A stretch of DNA of 63,508 bases, the filler included, from Olpidium bornovanus S191 (taxonomy: Eukaryota > Fungi > Olpidiomycota), in assembly GCA_017911155.1 (NCBI GenBank). It is 30 parts of 30 records of this genome, joined end to end, with 100 filler letters (N's around TTAATTAATTAA, not from the genome) between each part and the next. Parts side by side here need not be neighbours in the genome. Positions count along the whole stretch, not along the records: positions 37,279 to 40,749 come from JAEFCI010013024.1; positions 40,850 to 43,226 come from JAEFCI010006234.1; positions 43,327 to 45,563 come from JAEFCI010008751.1; positions 45,664 to 48,675 come from JAEFCI010004203.1; positions 48,776 to 50,237 come from JAEFCI010011983.1; positions 50,338 to 52,126 come from JAEFCI010001961.1; 24 more parts are not named here. One strand, written 5' to 3'. The translations under genes were made by a program, and so were the position numbers. The stretch's first letter is position 1, and each line of letters starts with the position of its first letter. The notes under the pieces are model-generated. The model saw only the letters and a program-made list of their open reading frames with translations. It ran no database searches and was not told the origin of the DNA. This document shows positions 38,508 to 50,388 of this stretch, piece by piece.

Positions 38508-40640
38508 TCATGCAACTTCCGTCCACACACCGTTGGCCTTGCTTTTCCGTTTCCTCGCATCTTTCGTCACCGCAGGAAGGTCGGCGAAAACCTGCGCCTT
38601 CCCCTTTCCCTTTTGATCTTTTTTCGGTCGACCCCTGTTCGACTGGTCACCTGCTGGCTCGGTGCGCTTCGCCGCCCACCACGCGCCAGGCTTGACGGAC
38701 GCGCGCCCCGACCGCGTTATCGTGGACGAAAACGTGGCGGGCCTGTCGATCCGCTTCGGTGTCGTCGGAGCCGGGAGCGTGTCAGTCACTTTCGCGCCCT
38801 TGCCGCTAACCTGTCGGGCGCCGGTTGCCGCCGGTGCGCCGTCCGGCGGTGCCAATTCGCAGATGTCCACCTTGGAAAGGCCCGCCTCCGTGCCAACTTC
38901 CGTCGTTCCGGTGCTTCCTCCTTGCGAGATGGCCGTTCCCGTGTCGGAGGTCGAGGAAGGTGCAAGAGCTTCTGGTGGAAGAATCGTCGACCGCGAAGGG
39001 AAGGTTGCGCTCGCTGGTGCCTGCATGATACCAGCCGGCTGGTCATCTGCACGGCATGATATGCCGGGCGAAAGCTTGTGGGCTGCATAATCGTTCAGGT
39101 CGGCGGTGGCTTCAACACCAACCTCGTCGTCTGGCGTGGGGTTCCCGTCGGACATGTTCTCGTTATCTTCACCATTGCCTCCCGTACCAAAAGAAGACTC
39201 GGCCGCCAGTGCCCGAGGTTCTTCGTTTTGAACCGGTTTCGCGCGTTCGCTGGATTTCTGATACGTGTTCCCCTCCGCTTCCTTTTCCGCAGACACATTA
39301 GGCGATGCTGCGGAAGTTGCAGCGGCGTCCGCCGTCAAACGGCCTTCGCTTGACAGCGCTGCGTCCGCCATCAAAATGTCCTCGTCTGGCAGCGTGGCTT
39401 CCGCCATCGGATGGTCTTCGTCTGGCGGCGTGGCTGATATCTGCGCGCGCAGAGGCGTGGCAAGTTCCGCAGTGAGATTGTCTTCATGCGCCGCGCGGGC
39501 GCCTTTGCCTTCGTCCGCCCGGTCCAGTTCATAATGCTCCGCTTTCGCTTCTATCGGCGGTTTTGCGTCTGCCCGAGCTTGTAAAATGTGAAGTCGGGCA
39601 GGGCCCTCGGGCTGCTGCCCGCCGGGTTCAAATGGAGCCGCAGCCGCCTCCATATCTTCCATCTCGGTTTCATTCAAGCGCCAAGACGGGCTGTTTAGCG
39701 AATGGTCGCCTCCCGCGGATCTCGGAGTACATTCAGACTTGCAGCGGTGGTCGTCCGTTTCAGAACCACCAGCGCGTTTCGAAGAATTAGATTTGGAGTG
39801 TTCGCGCTGCGTCTTCCGCGGCTTATCCGGCCCTCGCCTGAACGGCCTTTGGCCCTCTGGAACCGTATCCGCCCAAGCGGAGGCAGGGAATGGGGGGCGG
39901 CAGCTCGCAGCCCGCTGGGCGCCGCCGACGTAGACGCAGGGCGTGCTCTGGTGCGGCTGTTGGCGGAACGACGCCGGTGAAGGGCAGCAAGACACGGGCC
40001 ACAGCGGCGACTCAAGTGTCCGAAAGGCCGTTTTCGCGGAATAACGCAGAAAGCCCGGCGATTCCGGCAGGGGCTGGTAGTAGACGGGCCCCGGCGCAAT
40101 CGGGGTGCAGGGCTCCTGGAACCGCGGGCTGGGAACCACGCACGCGGCGGGGCCGCTGCACGGGAACGCCGCGGCCTGGCTGTAGGTCGAGACGTACGCC
40201 GGCTGGACGTCGCGGTGCAGCACGCCGCCGCGCCGCACGCAGGGGGAGCCGTATCCCACATCGGAAGCGTCCGGACGCCGGGCGTTCGCCGGGGTCGATC
40301 CGAAGGGGTACGGCGCGAAAGGCCGCCCCGCAGCCGCCGAGTCGCTGCGGGCGGGGACCGCAGGGTTCGCACCGCGGGCTCTGGGAAACCGCGAGCGGAG
40401 GGCGGACTTGTCCTTGAGAGCGTCCAGCCGGTACAAATCGGCCGACGACATCACCGGCGAGCGGGCGGCCAAGAGGCGCGCGTCGCCGTCGGGGCCGCCT
40501 GCGCCGGCGTTGCGCGCAGATCTCGGGGCGGCGGACGCGCCCCGGGGCGTCGGGGAAGAGCGGACCGGGCCAAAGCGCTCCCGACGCGGAGGAGCAGGGG
40601 CGGCGGCGGGAAGCGGCGGCGGGAGGTCTGGCGCGGTCAT
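38508..40640 (-). CDS. 710-aa uninterrupted low-complexity ORF with C-terminal TRSGR..P..WW and RGRPKK (AT-hook-like) motifs
   Basis: ATG at 40640; 2.1 kb without a stop; Pro/Ser/Arg-rich, then acidic, then basic. A possible GT donor just before the stop may mean the gene continues. Confidence 0.65.
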   Translation of the reverse strand: MTAPDLPPPLPAAAPAPPRRERFGPVRSSPTPRGASAAPRSARNAGAGGPDGDARLLAARSPVMSSADLYRLDALKDKSALRSRFPRARGANPAVPARSDSAAAGRPFAPYPFGSTPANARRPDASDVGYGSPCVRRGGVLHRDVQPAYVSTYSQAAAFPCSGPAACVVPSPRFQEPCTPIAPGPVYYQPLPESPGFLRYSAKTAFRTLESPLWPVSCCPSPASFRQQPHQSTPCVYVGGAQRAASCRPPFPASAWADTVPEGQRPFRRGPDKPRKTQREHSKSNSSKRAGGSETDDHRCKSECTPRSAGGDHSLNSPSWRLNETEMEDMEAAAAPFEPGGQQPEGPARLHILQARADAKPPIEAKAEHYELDRADEGKGARAAHEDNLTAELATPLRAQISATPPDEDHPMAEATLPDEDILMADAALSSEGRLTADAAATSAASPNVSAEKEAEGNTYQKSSERAKPVQNEEPRALAAESSFGTGGNGEDNENMSDGNPTPDDEVGVEATADLNDYAAHKLSPGISCRADDQPAGIMQAPASATFPSRSTILPPEALAPSSTSDTGTAISQGGSTGTTEVGTEAGLSKVDICELAPPDGAPAATGARQVSGKGAKVTDTLPAPTTPKRIDRPATFSSTITRSGRASVKPGAWWAAKRTEPAGDQSNRGRPKKDQKGKGKAQVFADLPAVTKDARKRKSKANGVWTEVA

Positions 40641-40960
40641 GAGAGCGTGCGTGGGCCGTTTGAGTTATTATGAGTGAGGCAGGGGGGGGGGCGGCGGCGG
40701 TGGGGCGGCGGCGGTGGGGCGGCGGTGGGCGGAAGCGGGGGGGGGGGGGNNNNNNNNNNNNNNNNNNNNNNNNNNNNNNNNNNNNNNNNNNNNTTAATTA
40801 ATTAANNNNNNNNNNNNNNNNNNNNNNNNNNNNNNNNNNNNNNNNNNNNAGGAAAAAAAAAAAAAAAAAATCAAACTTTCACATGCGCAGAAACGGTTTT
40901 ATGCGCAAACACCCTCGGTCTTTTTTCAAAAAGTGCGTAAAAATCTGTCTTTCTGCGCCT

Positions 40961-40994
<34 letters not shown>

Positions 40995-41126
40995 TCTCTC
41001 TTCCCCCCCCCCTTTTTTTTTTTTCTCCCCCCGCAACGCACGCACGCTCGCACGCTCGCACAAAAACACACAAGCACGCGCGCGCACGCACCCCACCCTG
41101 ACGCGCCCCCTAACCCCACGAAAAGG

Positions 41127-41169
41127 ATGGTCTCCGTCACCGCCCCCGACGTCTCCGGCCCCAAGCCCG

Positions 41170-41213
<44 letters not shown>

Positions 41214-42715
41214 CTGCCGCCCCCGCCGCCGCTCGCCGACTGCCGCCGCCCCCGCCGCCACATCCACCTCCTTCACCACCAGCACCAGCACCCCCACCGC
41301 CAGCCCCAGCATCAGCACCAGCGCCCCCTCCGCGCCGGAAGCCCGCCGTCGACCTTCGTGTCCCGCGTCGCGTCCTTCCCGATGGTCGTCGAGGCCTGCG
41401 CCCACGTCAACAACGCCGTCCACACCCTCGCCGAGAGGAACAGGTACTTCCACTCCGCCTTCGGCAGCGCCTCCGTTGCCGTCCACTCCGTCGTCGTCAC
41501 CGCCTCGCGCTACGCCGCCCCCTACCAGGAGCGCTTCGGCCCCCACATCACAAAGGTCGACGAGACCGCCAGCAGGGTTCTGGACGTCGTCGAGGAGAAG
41601 GTCCGTCGTGCGCGTCCCCTCCGTGTTTTTCTCGCGCACTCCACCCTTCCCCCCCCCCACCCTCTCTTTCCCCGCTTCCCTGTTTACGGCTCCCTGCTGC
41701 GCGGGTCTTGGATACGGAAAGCGCCGAGTTTCTTTGCGGTTTTCGCGCTTCCCGAGTTTCTTATCCCTGCCCCACACCCCCCCCCCCAATTTTGGAGCGG
41801 TCGAACTGATACGCCCGCACAACGAGCGGTCGACTGATAAGCCCCGCGCAACGGTTTTCGTCACGGTTGTTTCCGCAGTTCCCCATCATCACGAAACCCT
41901 CTGCCCAGGTCTTGTCGAACGCCCGGGGCGCCGTCAGCCAGGTGAAGACCACCGTCGTCTCGTCCAAGCCCGTCGCCTCCGCCTCCCACGTCGTCAAAGA
42001 CCTTGAGGCCGCTCTCGCCTCCGTCCTGGATAACCTCGAAGGCCACCTCGACAGGTCCCTCCCTGAGGAGGCAAAGCCCGACGGCGAGGCGCCCGACGCC
42101 AACGGCCACGGCCACGCCGCCGACGGGCAGGTCAAACGCGCCGTCCACCTGTCCTTCGACGTCCAGCGGAGACTGGCTCGCAAAGTCGTTGCTCAGATCA
42201 AAAACCTCCAGGCCAACATTCCCGAAGCCCGCCACGAGCTGCTCAAGCTCAAGGTCTGGTATACGAAATCCCGTTTTCCGGGGGGGCTTTGGGCGCTGCC
42301 CCGGGTTTCCTTGGACGCAGAGCTGACCGGCCGTTCCGTTCCTGATCCTGTGCCTGCGAACTAGGAGTCCTCGCACTTGCTGACCGCGGCCACGGAGTCC
42401 CTGCGGTCGCTGAACGAGAAGCTTACTCCCCTGGTCTCGTACCTCCAGGGGAATGCCAGCGCACTTAAGGAGTCCGGCGTCGAGCGCGCCAAAGCCCTCG
42501 ATGCGCAGTTCGAGATCCGGGAGCGCCTCGAGCCGGTCATCAAGACCTACCTGACCGAGATTTCTGCGCTCACCGCCTACGTCCAGGCCCACGTCCCCGC
42601 CATCAAGATGGCCCGCTGCGCTCGGTCCTGCGGCAGCGTCCCGGACGTCGCCCGCGCATCCGCCTCCGCGGAGCCCGCCGGAGCGGCCGCCGCGGGGCCC
42701 TCCCAGAAGGCATGA
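41127..42715 (+). CDS. Perilipin-family lipid droplet protein, 3 exons, 399 aa
   Basis: PAT-domain pattern FVSRVASFPMV..ITKVDETASRVLDVVEEK|FPIITKP followed by helical bundle-like segments. Exons 41127-41600, 41879-42253 and 42365-42715 sum to 1200 nt. Confidence 0.8.
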
Positions 42716-42914
42716 ATAAACAAGCCACACGGTTGTCCTCGGCCCCCGTTCGCCCTCCCGTACCTTTCACCGCAACTCGGCTTTCCGCGGGGGGTGCTAC
42801 CGTCGACTCGCACGCATACCTTCTCTACGCGCAAGCGCGCCAAGTTAGATATCCCCAGTATACATTTTTTTTAAACGGAACACCGCGACTCGCGTCTGTC
42901 CGGCGTCACCGGCC

Positions 42915-42962
<48 letters not shown>

Positions 42963-43639
42963 AGGTCGTGACGCACCATCCGGGGCTAAAAACAAAACGC
43001 ACTGAGATATTGGCCCCCGCGGCGTAAGGAGGGCGTGTCAAGTTTGCAGGCCGAACGATTGAAAACCGCGGCTGTCTTTATTGCCACGCCTCTCGCGGCG
43101 GCAGCTTGTTCTTCACGCTGACGTGCGTCCGGGGCCGTGCCCGAAGAGTTGCAACCGTTGCCAAACGAGCGCATCTGCCGCCTGGTGTTGCCCTTGCCCG
43201 TACGCCGCGCAAGGGCGGCACCCCCCNNNNNNNNNNNNNNNNNNNNNNNNNNNNNNNNNNNNNNNNNNNNTTAATTAATTAANNNNNNNNNNNNNNNNNN
43301 NNNNNNNNNNNNNNNNNNNNNNNNNNCCTGCCAGTTTCAATATAGGTTGCAATTCATCGCCAGTTATCGTTAGCAGACATTCCATGGGTCACTCAGGCGC
43401 GATACATCTCTGCTGCTGTAATTTCACTCGCGAATACCAATCTGGCACGAAGGGCAATCGCACTCTCACGAAGAGCATCAGCAAGGTGTATGTGGTCCGA
43501 AAGCTCAAAGCGCACCGGCCTTATGTTTGTGCGCACAAACAAGGAAGTGGTTCAATACATCTCTGGTCAGCTCGACAAAACATATTACATATTTGCAACA
43601 GTTGCTTGCCGTGCAGAAATTGCCGCCAATTATCCCTTG

Positions 43640-44561
43640 AGTCCGGCTGAAGACAGCGTTCTGATTTGGGCGGGCTCGAATTGTCGTAGTGATGACAACG
43701 CTGTTGCTCTCGAGATGGTCCACATTAAAACGCACAGTGGACTGACCGCCGGGATTGGAGTGATGTGGAAGATTATTCTGGCTGAACTGGCGCTCCATTG
43801 TAACTTGCTGATCATCCAATTTGGTGACAAGATAGTCGTCCTTGTTGCGGAAAAAATATGACGCCGTCTGCGGCCATTCTGGTCGACATACAGCAGCCAG
43901 TACTTATTGTCTGCAAGTGCCAGGACGGCGGGCCCGGAGAGATCGGCATTGATGCGCTCGAAAAGCGGCCGTTCCAACCCGTGATGACGCAAGCGCATTA
44001 TTTTTCCAAGTCTGCACGCTTTGCCGAACGTCAGTTCCGCATCCTGTGAATTCTCGAATCGCAAACGGGACGCACCAGGCCACCCTGTCCGGGGCGTTGA
44101 CGCCACAAGAAAACCTTGGCATTTGGCCGCGACGGTTGCACGCGCTTTAGCGATGTTTGCAAACACCGCCCGCATCGCGACGGCGGCACGATCATGCGCA
44201 TGCTCGTCGCCCTCTTGAGGTGCCGGAGCCGGCTGCCATACTGCCACGCGCGGTGCTGTTCCGTTCTATAACGCGCTTGAGCACCGGATAGCCGGCCGGC
44301 TGGAACAGCACTCGCACGCTTTCCTTGGTGTCATAAAAACCCGCCCCCTTTCGTAATTCAAAACTTTTGCCTAATACCCTTTTAGCAGGAGCTTGTCCGC
44401 AGAATCGTGATCGACTTGGCCCAACCCGGCATTCTTGCAAAGCAACTAGATCATACTGGATTAGATGCTTCATTTAGCCCTCGGGGAAGACGACGTCCCG
44501 CCAGGGACAGGTTGCAGTTGCACAATAGGGTCGCAGTTGGTGTTGCATAAAGGATGCGCAT
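43640..44561 (-). mobile_element. Heavily frameshifted LINE-type (non-LTR) APE endonuclease remnant
   Basis: EEP motifs occur in the expected order across shifting frames: MRILYA/CNCN, YDLVALQE, RVAVW, FLVAST, VITGWNGR (GDFN-like), ST..NVDH, PNQNAV (SDH-like). Confidence 0.45.
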
Positions 44562-44953
44562 GTTGTGAGGCGGACTCCGTGAGCAAAAATGTAGCGTTCG
44601 GGAATAGTGGCTCTGCGGCGACGTCTGTGGCATGTCCGCGCGTCCTCCCGCACTCTCGCGGTGGCCGACCTGCCCGACCAGAACCGTTTACCCTGAGACC
44701 TCGGCATGGGCCGATGGCGTATGTTGTGTGGTTGCCTTTTTTCAGGCCACGACGGCTTCCGGTCGACTGCGCACGACAGCACAAAATCACGAAAACAGGG
44801 ATCGGACGGCCGCCGTTGTCAATCAAAGAAATGGCCGCGGACCCGCCGAACGAAACCAGCTTCGCGCTTGCCGCCTTAGTAGGCCGGCGATGACCTTAGC
44901 AAAGGGGTAGGAGACGTCAGAGCGCCTCGGGACGAGCGTGGCGCGCGCCCGCG

Positions 44954-44999
<46 letters not shown>

Positions 45000-45663
45000 G
45001 AGGGGGAAGAGAGGGGTAAGGAGGAAGGAAGGAGGTAGGCTTGACCGGCGCGAGACAGCTGCTGGCGCACAAGTTATTACCCCGCGAAAGGGGGGTTGGG
45101 GATCCTGCAAAGGTGCGCTGCACAAAACTGCTTGCGGAAATGTTGACTGCGCGGGTGCGGGGTGTGCCCGGGGCGAGCAGAGGTGCGAAAGTGCGGCGGG
45201 TGATGGAGGGCGCGGCGGGCCGGCGGCGGTCTGCGACAGCCGCGCCCAGGTCCTGCGTCCCCCGGCTTTCTCCCCTTTTTTGCGATCCTGCCCAAAATCC
45301 AGAAGGTGGGATGAAAATAAAAAGTGGAAACCAAAATCCTCGCCCGTTTTCTTTTTTTTTTTCATCTTTTGGTAGCGTTAGAGCTGAATACGCTTCATCA
45401 GGCCTGTTTTTCCGCGGCAAATATCCCCCGGTCAACACGTCACATGCGTGATCTTCCGCAGTTGTGCCGTCTCCCGTTCTCTTCCAACAACGTGCGGGTT
45501 AGCCTCTTCCCGGAAGCATCCACGGTTTGGCGTCGCCGGTGGCTAACGCTCCTCTTTCCCGCGNNNNNNNNNNNNNNNNNNNNNNNNNNNNNNNNNNNNN
45601 NNNNNNNTTAATTAATTAANNNNNNNNNNNNNNNNNNNNNNNNNNNNNNNNNNNNNNNNNNNN

Positions 45664-47725
45664 AGAGTTGACGGGCCGTAAGTGTCCGATACTCCGCGAA
45701 CCACACCACCTGAAGTATGTCCACCCGCTCCGGCCAATAATCGGAAAAATTCCCGGCAAAGGGCAATGTTTATCCACCTGCATGCTCCTTTGAATGCGCG
45801 TTTGCTTCCAGCGGAGGAGTGCCAATTTCTGCGCCTCCTGCAGGACCAGGAACGTCTCGTACCAACGGGTGTGCTCTCTTGCTCCCGCAACGGTCACCCC
45901 AGGCAGCGCGGCGCAGACGGCATTAGCCAGTTCCGAGGGATGGTCCTGCCTTGGTGTGATCTCCCGTAAATGACAGAGCACCTGGGTGCCCTCAACTTCG
46001 AATAGGAAAGTGCCTTAATCGCTGTACCTCGAATTTGCGGTATAGTTTCACGAAGGCGCTGTGGTTCAGGTCATCCCAACCGCCATATCGACCGCCGTGT
46101 CTCGCTAGAAAATTCTAGTCAAACCGCAGCTCCGAATTTAGCCGCGATGACTGGAGGATTCTCAATGCACAGGCGCGCTGCCCTTTCGCTACAAGTACCT
46201 GGAGTTGCGCAACTTCCGGCGGCAGGTTACGGTGTGCGGTTACTGAATCGTGAGTATCCTTTTTATGTTCGAAGCTATGCTGCTTCACCCCCGTGATATC
46301 CGGGCCCTTGTGAATCAAATCGTTATTATGACTGTGGGACTCCCACGTCGCGAACCGATGCTCCCACGCGTTCAGCTCCCCGACAAGCTGTCGTTCGGTG
46401 AGTTGGAGGCGAGCATTTGCGTTTCGCAGCATGTTCCTAAATGACATGATGTCTGCCTCTACAAGTTCCATCAAGAAACGGAGGGACGATAGATCTGTGC
46501 GAGGCCGGGTTTCAAGAAATGTTTGTTCGACCATCACCGGTTGTCAATATACCCAACTCCCCCGGCCCCACCACCGTTCCCCCCCCCCACCGTATGGAAG
46601 CGAGACCCACATTCCGGTCGATCATCGGTTTTCGCGATGAGGCTTTGCAACTTCGAGAGTGAGCTGCGCGCCGTGCAAATTTTGGACGATAACGTGCGGT
46701 CTGCAAAGTTTTGAACTGGTGAGGCTTGAACGCGCCAACAAATAATTGCGTTGTCGGTTTCAATCCGTACATTCCTCGTCAATAGGAACGTCAATCCCGC
46801 ATAGCTCATGAGGGTCCCTGATTTCAATCTCCGCAAGCTTTTCGCAAAGGCATACGCGAGAAAACGTGTTCTCCAACTCGCGCTCGATGGCCTGTCGTCT
46901 AATTCATCCTCGTACCGCAAATGAGGAACGACAAACGCGGTCCTTGGCGTGGTCGATAACGTCCTCCGCGTCGGGGATGCACAATTTACCTCAGCCGCAG
47001 TCGCCTCGTCTCTTCTAGGTATAATATCGCAGACCCAGACAAAGAGGACTTCTTTGGTGCGAAGGTCGCCGCATTCACTGCCGCGACCCGGCCTGTGGCT
47101 TCGTACAATTTGCGCTTTCGACTAGGAGGATTGGACTCCACATTCCTCTTGGCCGACTGCGGCTCATTCCCGCCGGCGTACTCGTCGACCGACGCGCAGG
47201 CTTCAGGGCGGTTGAGAATCGAACGTCGCGGTCAGCCGTGCAGCGTCAACGGCGCAGAGGGCGCACGCCGTCTCCAGAGTCACCTGGCTCGCCGGCGGAG
47301 TCCGAGTCCACCGCCGGCAGCGGACGGCCGTACGACGCCGCCGCCGCGCGTTTCCCGTCCAGCGCAAACGTGAGATTGATGTCCTCGCCCACGAGCACCT
47401 CGCGCTTGCGATCCAGAACGTCAGCGGCAAGCAGCATGTGCTCGTCGCCGAAGAGAGGAACCTCCTCAATGTCCGCGTCGTCAACGTATGGAGAGTTGAC
47501 TGACGGACGGCTGTCGTAGCTGTCAAATTCCAGGACGTATTCGTGCTCGGCGGTGCGGCCCTGAGGCGAGTGGGCTCCGGCGTCCGCGCACGCACGTCGG
47601 GGAACCGAGGCCGGCGTGTCGCCTTGGGCGTGCGGGTTTGGCACAGCTTGTGCGAACCTCTCGCCTTCCACATGGCGGTCGTCGTGCAACCCGTCGCCGT
47701 CGCCACCGGGGTTTCCGGCGCGCAT
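45664..47725 (-). CDS. CCDC112: CCDC112-like coiled-coil (centriolar satellite/cilia) protein, 3' truncated
   Basis: YLSSLRFLMELVEADIMSF, LPPEV, FLARHGGRYGGWDDLNHSAFVKL, LPGVT..EHTRWYETFLVLQEAQKLALLRWK parallel human CCDC112 (from memory). The 5' exons and the start at 47725 are uncertain. Confidence 0.75.
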
Positions 47726-47762
47726 AGCCGTTCTCCGCCCCCTCTTTTCCTCGTCGCCGTTG

Positions 47763-47800
<38 letters not shown>

Positions 47801-47859
47801 CTCTTCCTCTGCTCCGTTCCGTGGTTCTCGCTCTCGCTCTCTCTTATTTTTTTTTTTTT

Positions 47860-47891
<32 letters not shown>

Positions 47892-48775
47892 TTTTCTCTC
47901 TCTCTCTCTCTCTCGCATTCAACGTTTCTTCCCCCGCCGCCCGCCGCCCCCGGAACGGCGACGCCTGTGAGACGAAAAATTGGGCCGGGCCGTCGCCCCG
48001 AGAGCAGCACGCGGCGCGGGCTTTCTTTCCCAGTGCAGTGCCGCTGCGTTGAACCAGCCCAGGAAGATCCCGACTGCAAATAGAACTAGGGGTAGACGCG
48101 CGGGAGGACGGGTTCCTTCGCGGGTAGCAATGGAAAAAGGTCTTCCATAAGGAGCACGTCAAAAGCTTCTCAGGGAGGGCCCGAGCACAAGGAGGCACCA
48201 TTGGTATGGCCCAGCTGAACCAAAGGATGGCAACAATCAGATGCCAGAATACCAATAACTTCTAGTAAGACACCAATTCAACACATGGCAGACCAAAGCA
48301 ACAGCCCGATGTTTAAGCGAAAGTCAAGTTCATAACACTGCCAATTTTAATTTGCCGCCCGTAGCAGACATTCACAATTTTGCACCAATGGATGTAGCAG
48401 AAAATTTGCCGCAAGTCAACAGTTTATCTGCATATCCGGACAACGTGACCTCCAATAATCTGGTGGGACATGTTGGGGCAGGACATGTTGGACCCATCCT
48501 CCATAAACCTGAGGATTACAGGCAATTATCCTGACCCTAACCATTTTGGCAACAGCATGGGTACTATGGTAAGGTCCATAGTGCGGAAGCGGAGCCGGAA
48601 GCGTAAGAGCGGGAGCGGGGAGCGACGGGCGGAGCGGAAAGGGGAAGTGTTTGTTTTCTTGTTGTTGTGTTCGGGNNNNNNNNNNNNNNNNNNNNNNNNN
48701 NNNNNNNNNNNNNNNNNNNTTAATTAATTAANNNNNNNNNNNNNNNNNNNNNNNNNNNNNNNNNNNNNNNNNNNN

Positions 48776-49979
48776 CATGTCCTGGATCATTTTGGCCACG
48801 ACCGCTTGCGACAGGCCGTAGTATTCGGGGCCGGACACGGAGTTGAACCCGGCTTTGCGGCGGACGGCGTTCGACTCCTTCAGCACCAGCGACCACACGC
48901 CTGACGCGGTCGCCGCGACCACGGGGGGCGCGTTCAAGTTGTCCTCCGCCTCGATGCTGAACAACGGTCCGCCGTTCACGTGGTCCTCTTCGATGCTGCA
49001 CACTGGGTAAACGACAAAGCGGCCAGAAAGCAGGGTGAGCCTTTGCACCAGAAACACACCCACGGGCCGCGACGAATCGTGCCAGCGTGCGTACTGTAAT
49101 TCGTCTGGGCGTTGGGGTTGACCATGGAGGCGAAGTACCGCACGATCTTGTACCCCACGGGCCATATGTAGCGGTCGTTGTGGAACCCCTCCGGGTCGTC
49201 CGGGATCCTCCCCAGGGAGATCACGGTCGTGATGCTCCCGAGCTGGAGCGGCAGCGCGGGGCCGCCCGTCACCGGGTCGCGCGGGTAATCAAAGACCCGG
49301 CGCGCGCCCTCAGCCACCCTCCGCTTGTGCGTCCTGCGCGGCTTTCGGCGGCCCGGCGTCGCCGGAGACTCGGCGCGCGACGATTCGTCGGCGGACGGCG
49401 AGATCGCGCGAACGGCCACGGTGGCCGCGGTCACTGCCGCGCCCGCCGCCGTCGGCCCCGGGAACACCGCTCCGGGCGTCGACGCCGCCGCAGCCGCCGC
49501 CGCGCTGCTCCCGCCGCCTGCCGGCTTCCTCCGGCGCGCCAGCGTCGACGGAGTCGCCGCCGGTCGCTTCTTCCGCTTCTTCGTCCGCTCTGCGCCGTCG
49601 CCGCCCCCGTCCTCGGCGGTCGGCGGCGGCGCCGGTTCCGGCGGCGGCGAGACGTACACGATCCTGACCTTCGTCGTCCTGCAGTGGAAGTCCTCTTCGC
49701 CAGAAGAAAGCTCGGACAGGCCTCCGATGCTCGAGTCGCACTCCGAAGACGTGTCCGCGTCTCCTTCCACCGAAATTTTGTCGAGCAGGCGCCTGTAAAG
49801 AAAAAGAAGGCCACCGTCGCCGTGCGGCACCGGTTACCGTCTGGGCGTTCCCCCCCTCGAGCCTTCTGTGTTTTCGTTAATGAGCCGAGGGGCCGCAACA
49901 GTTGTGCCCTCCAGACTTACCCGTTTTCCCTCCGCAGAGTGCTAGTCTCGTCCTTGTTCCTCCGCAGGTCTCGCTTCAT
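48776..49979 (-). CDS. FYRN/FYRC-domain protein (TBRG1-like), 3' truncated
   Basis: LPLQLGSITTVISLGRI..FHNDRYIWPVGYKIVRYFASM..YMCSI..GPLF..VWSLVL..VSGPEYYGLSQAVVAKMIQDM. Short N-terminal coil RRENGRLLDKI. GT-AG introns. Confidence 0.9.
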
Positions 49980-50108
49980 TGACGTTCTGTCCTGATTCGG
50001 TGGAGGGACGTCAGGGACCTGTAAGCCGGGGCACGGGAGCGGGGCGGCCCGCTGCGCGGCCATCGAGAAGAACCCCCGTCGCGCCGGCCTCCCACAGCGC
50101 AGAGCAGA

Positions 50109-50137
50109 AAGAGCGAGAGAGGGAGAGAGAGCGAGAG

Positions 50138-50202
<65 letters not shown>
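50109..50202. repeat. (GA)n microsatellite
   Basis: Directly visible near the contig end. Confidence 0.95.
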
Positions 50203-50206
<4 letters not shown>

Positions 50207-50337
50207 AAGAAAAAAAGAAAAAAGAAAAAAAAAGGAGNNNNNNNNNNNNNNNNNNNNNNNNNNNNNNNNNNNNNNNNNNNNTTAATTAATTAANNNNNNN
50301 NNNNNNNNNNNNNNNNNNNNNNNNNNNNNNNNNNNNN

Positions 50338-50377
<40 letters not shown>

Positions 50378-50388
50378 CGAAAATTTAC

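Noticed and set aside
36150-42715. Apparent lipid-droplet cluster (OBAP and perilipin)
   Set aside because: The genes are on different contigs separated by linkers; proximity is arbitrary.
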